Of a DNA stretch of 35,790 bases, positions 35,408-35,790 are shown piece by piece. The DNA comes from a bacterium. Lineage in GTDB: Bacteria > Bacillota > DTU030 > DUMP01. Below the pieces are notes generated by a model. The model had not been told where the DNA came from. It did not search any database and was given only the letters and a program-made list of their open reading frames with translations. A program made the translations under genes and the position numbers. Where the stretch lies: assembly GCA_035271345.1 (NCBI GenBank), contig DATERQ010000118.1, positions 1 to 35,790 of the forward strand, in the 5' to 3' direction. Numbering within the stretch: the stretch's first letter is position 1; each line of letters starts with the position of its first letter.

Positions 35408-35790
35408 TTATCCTCGGGTAGACTGGACACCATATACCCGAGGCGTTGTCCAGCGTTCAATAAATGGTACCAATAGATTCATTAGCAAGATCGAATAAGA
35501 AACCCCTTCTGGATAATCACTCCAAAAACGGATAAGAACAGTGATAATGCCACAACCTACACCAAAAACCAGCCGCCCGTGTGGCGTAACCGGTGTTGTA
35601 ACATAATCGGTAGCCATAAAGAAAGCCCCTAACATGAGGCCCCCAGCCAATACATGGTAAAGGGGATCGCCGGCAAAAAGGCTACCACTGCCGCCAAAAA
35701 TCCAGGCCAGCATCGCTACAGTACTGATAAATGTAACTGGTGTCCGCCAGTCTATTACTTCCTGCCAAACGAGATATAGGCCCCCCACCA
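35408..35790 (-). CDS. rnfD: Rnf electron transport complex subunit D, C-terminal about 126 codons; the 5' part lies outside the window
   Basis: The ORF is open to the window edge. The C-terminal RnfD/NqrB pattern is present (FFMATDYVT.P.T..G...FG.G.G...LIR......EGVSY.ILLMN...P.I...T.PR.YG). Confidence 0.85.
   Translation of the reverse strand, partial: VGGLYLVWQEVIDWRTPVTFISTVAMLAWIFGGSGSLFAGDPLYHVLAGGLMLGAFFMATDYVTTPVTPHGRLVFGVGCGIITVLIRFWSDYPEGVSYSILLMNLLVPFIERWTTPRVYGVQSTRG

Overview
This window looks like core chromosome from a spore-forming Firmicute. Gene content and order resemble Clostridia of the Desulfotomaculum/Pelotomaculum/Carboxydothermus type, but that placement is inference only. 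I call 40 protein genes, 36 of them on the minus strand, tightly packed and often translationally coupled.

Gene order by increasing coordinate:
- Minus strand: dnaK (5' part, cut by the window edge), grpE, an archaeal-type group II-like chaperonin, hrcA (behind a perfect CIRCE operator), hemW, lepA, spoIIP.
- Plus strand: rpsT.
- Minus strand: holA, comEC, an orphan membrane-anchored solute-binding-protein-like gene, an L,D-transpeptidase, ndk, yhaM-like exoribonuclease.
- Plus strand: a TIGR01906/DUF1461 membrane protein.
- Minus strand: a D-2-hydroxyacid dehydrogenase.
- Plus strand: a two-gene short-chain chromate-transporter pair.
- Minus strand: GNAT (ArsN2-like), SDR, gamma-carbonic-anhydrase-like, DUF362/4Fe-4S, rodA, minE, minD, minC, mrdA (PBP2), mreD, mreC, mreB, radC, maf, DUF4321, PF07456 'Gx' membrane protein, NusG-domain-II protein, apbE lipoprotein, rnfB, rnfA, rnfE, rnfD (3' part, cut by the window edge).

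I found no rRNA, tRNA, CRISPR array, IS/transposase, integrase or phage gene. I do not see a convincing new multi-gene system such as a defence island; this is mostly housekeeping DNA.

The items most worth a second look are:
1. The thermosome-like chaperonin inside the HrcA/CIRCE heat-shock operon.
2. An Rnf cluster with no rnfG between rnfD and rnfE.
3. The coupled apbE / NusG-II / Gx / DUF4321 module behind rnfB.
4. An unexplained 393-nt non-coding gap (17569-17961) with possible alternative pairings.
5. A perfect 16-bp stem-loop after the DUF362 gene.
6. Nested tandem repeats upstream of minC.

Several ORF-track starts are N-terminal over-extensions. I re-set them from ribosome-binding-site position and family N-termini.
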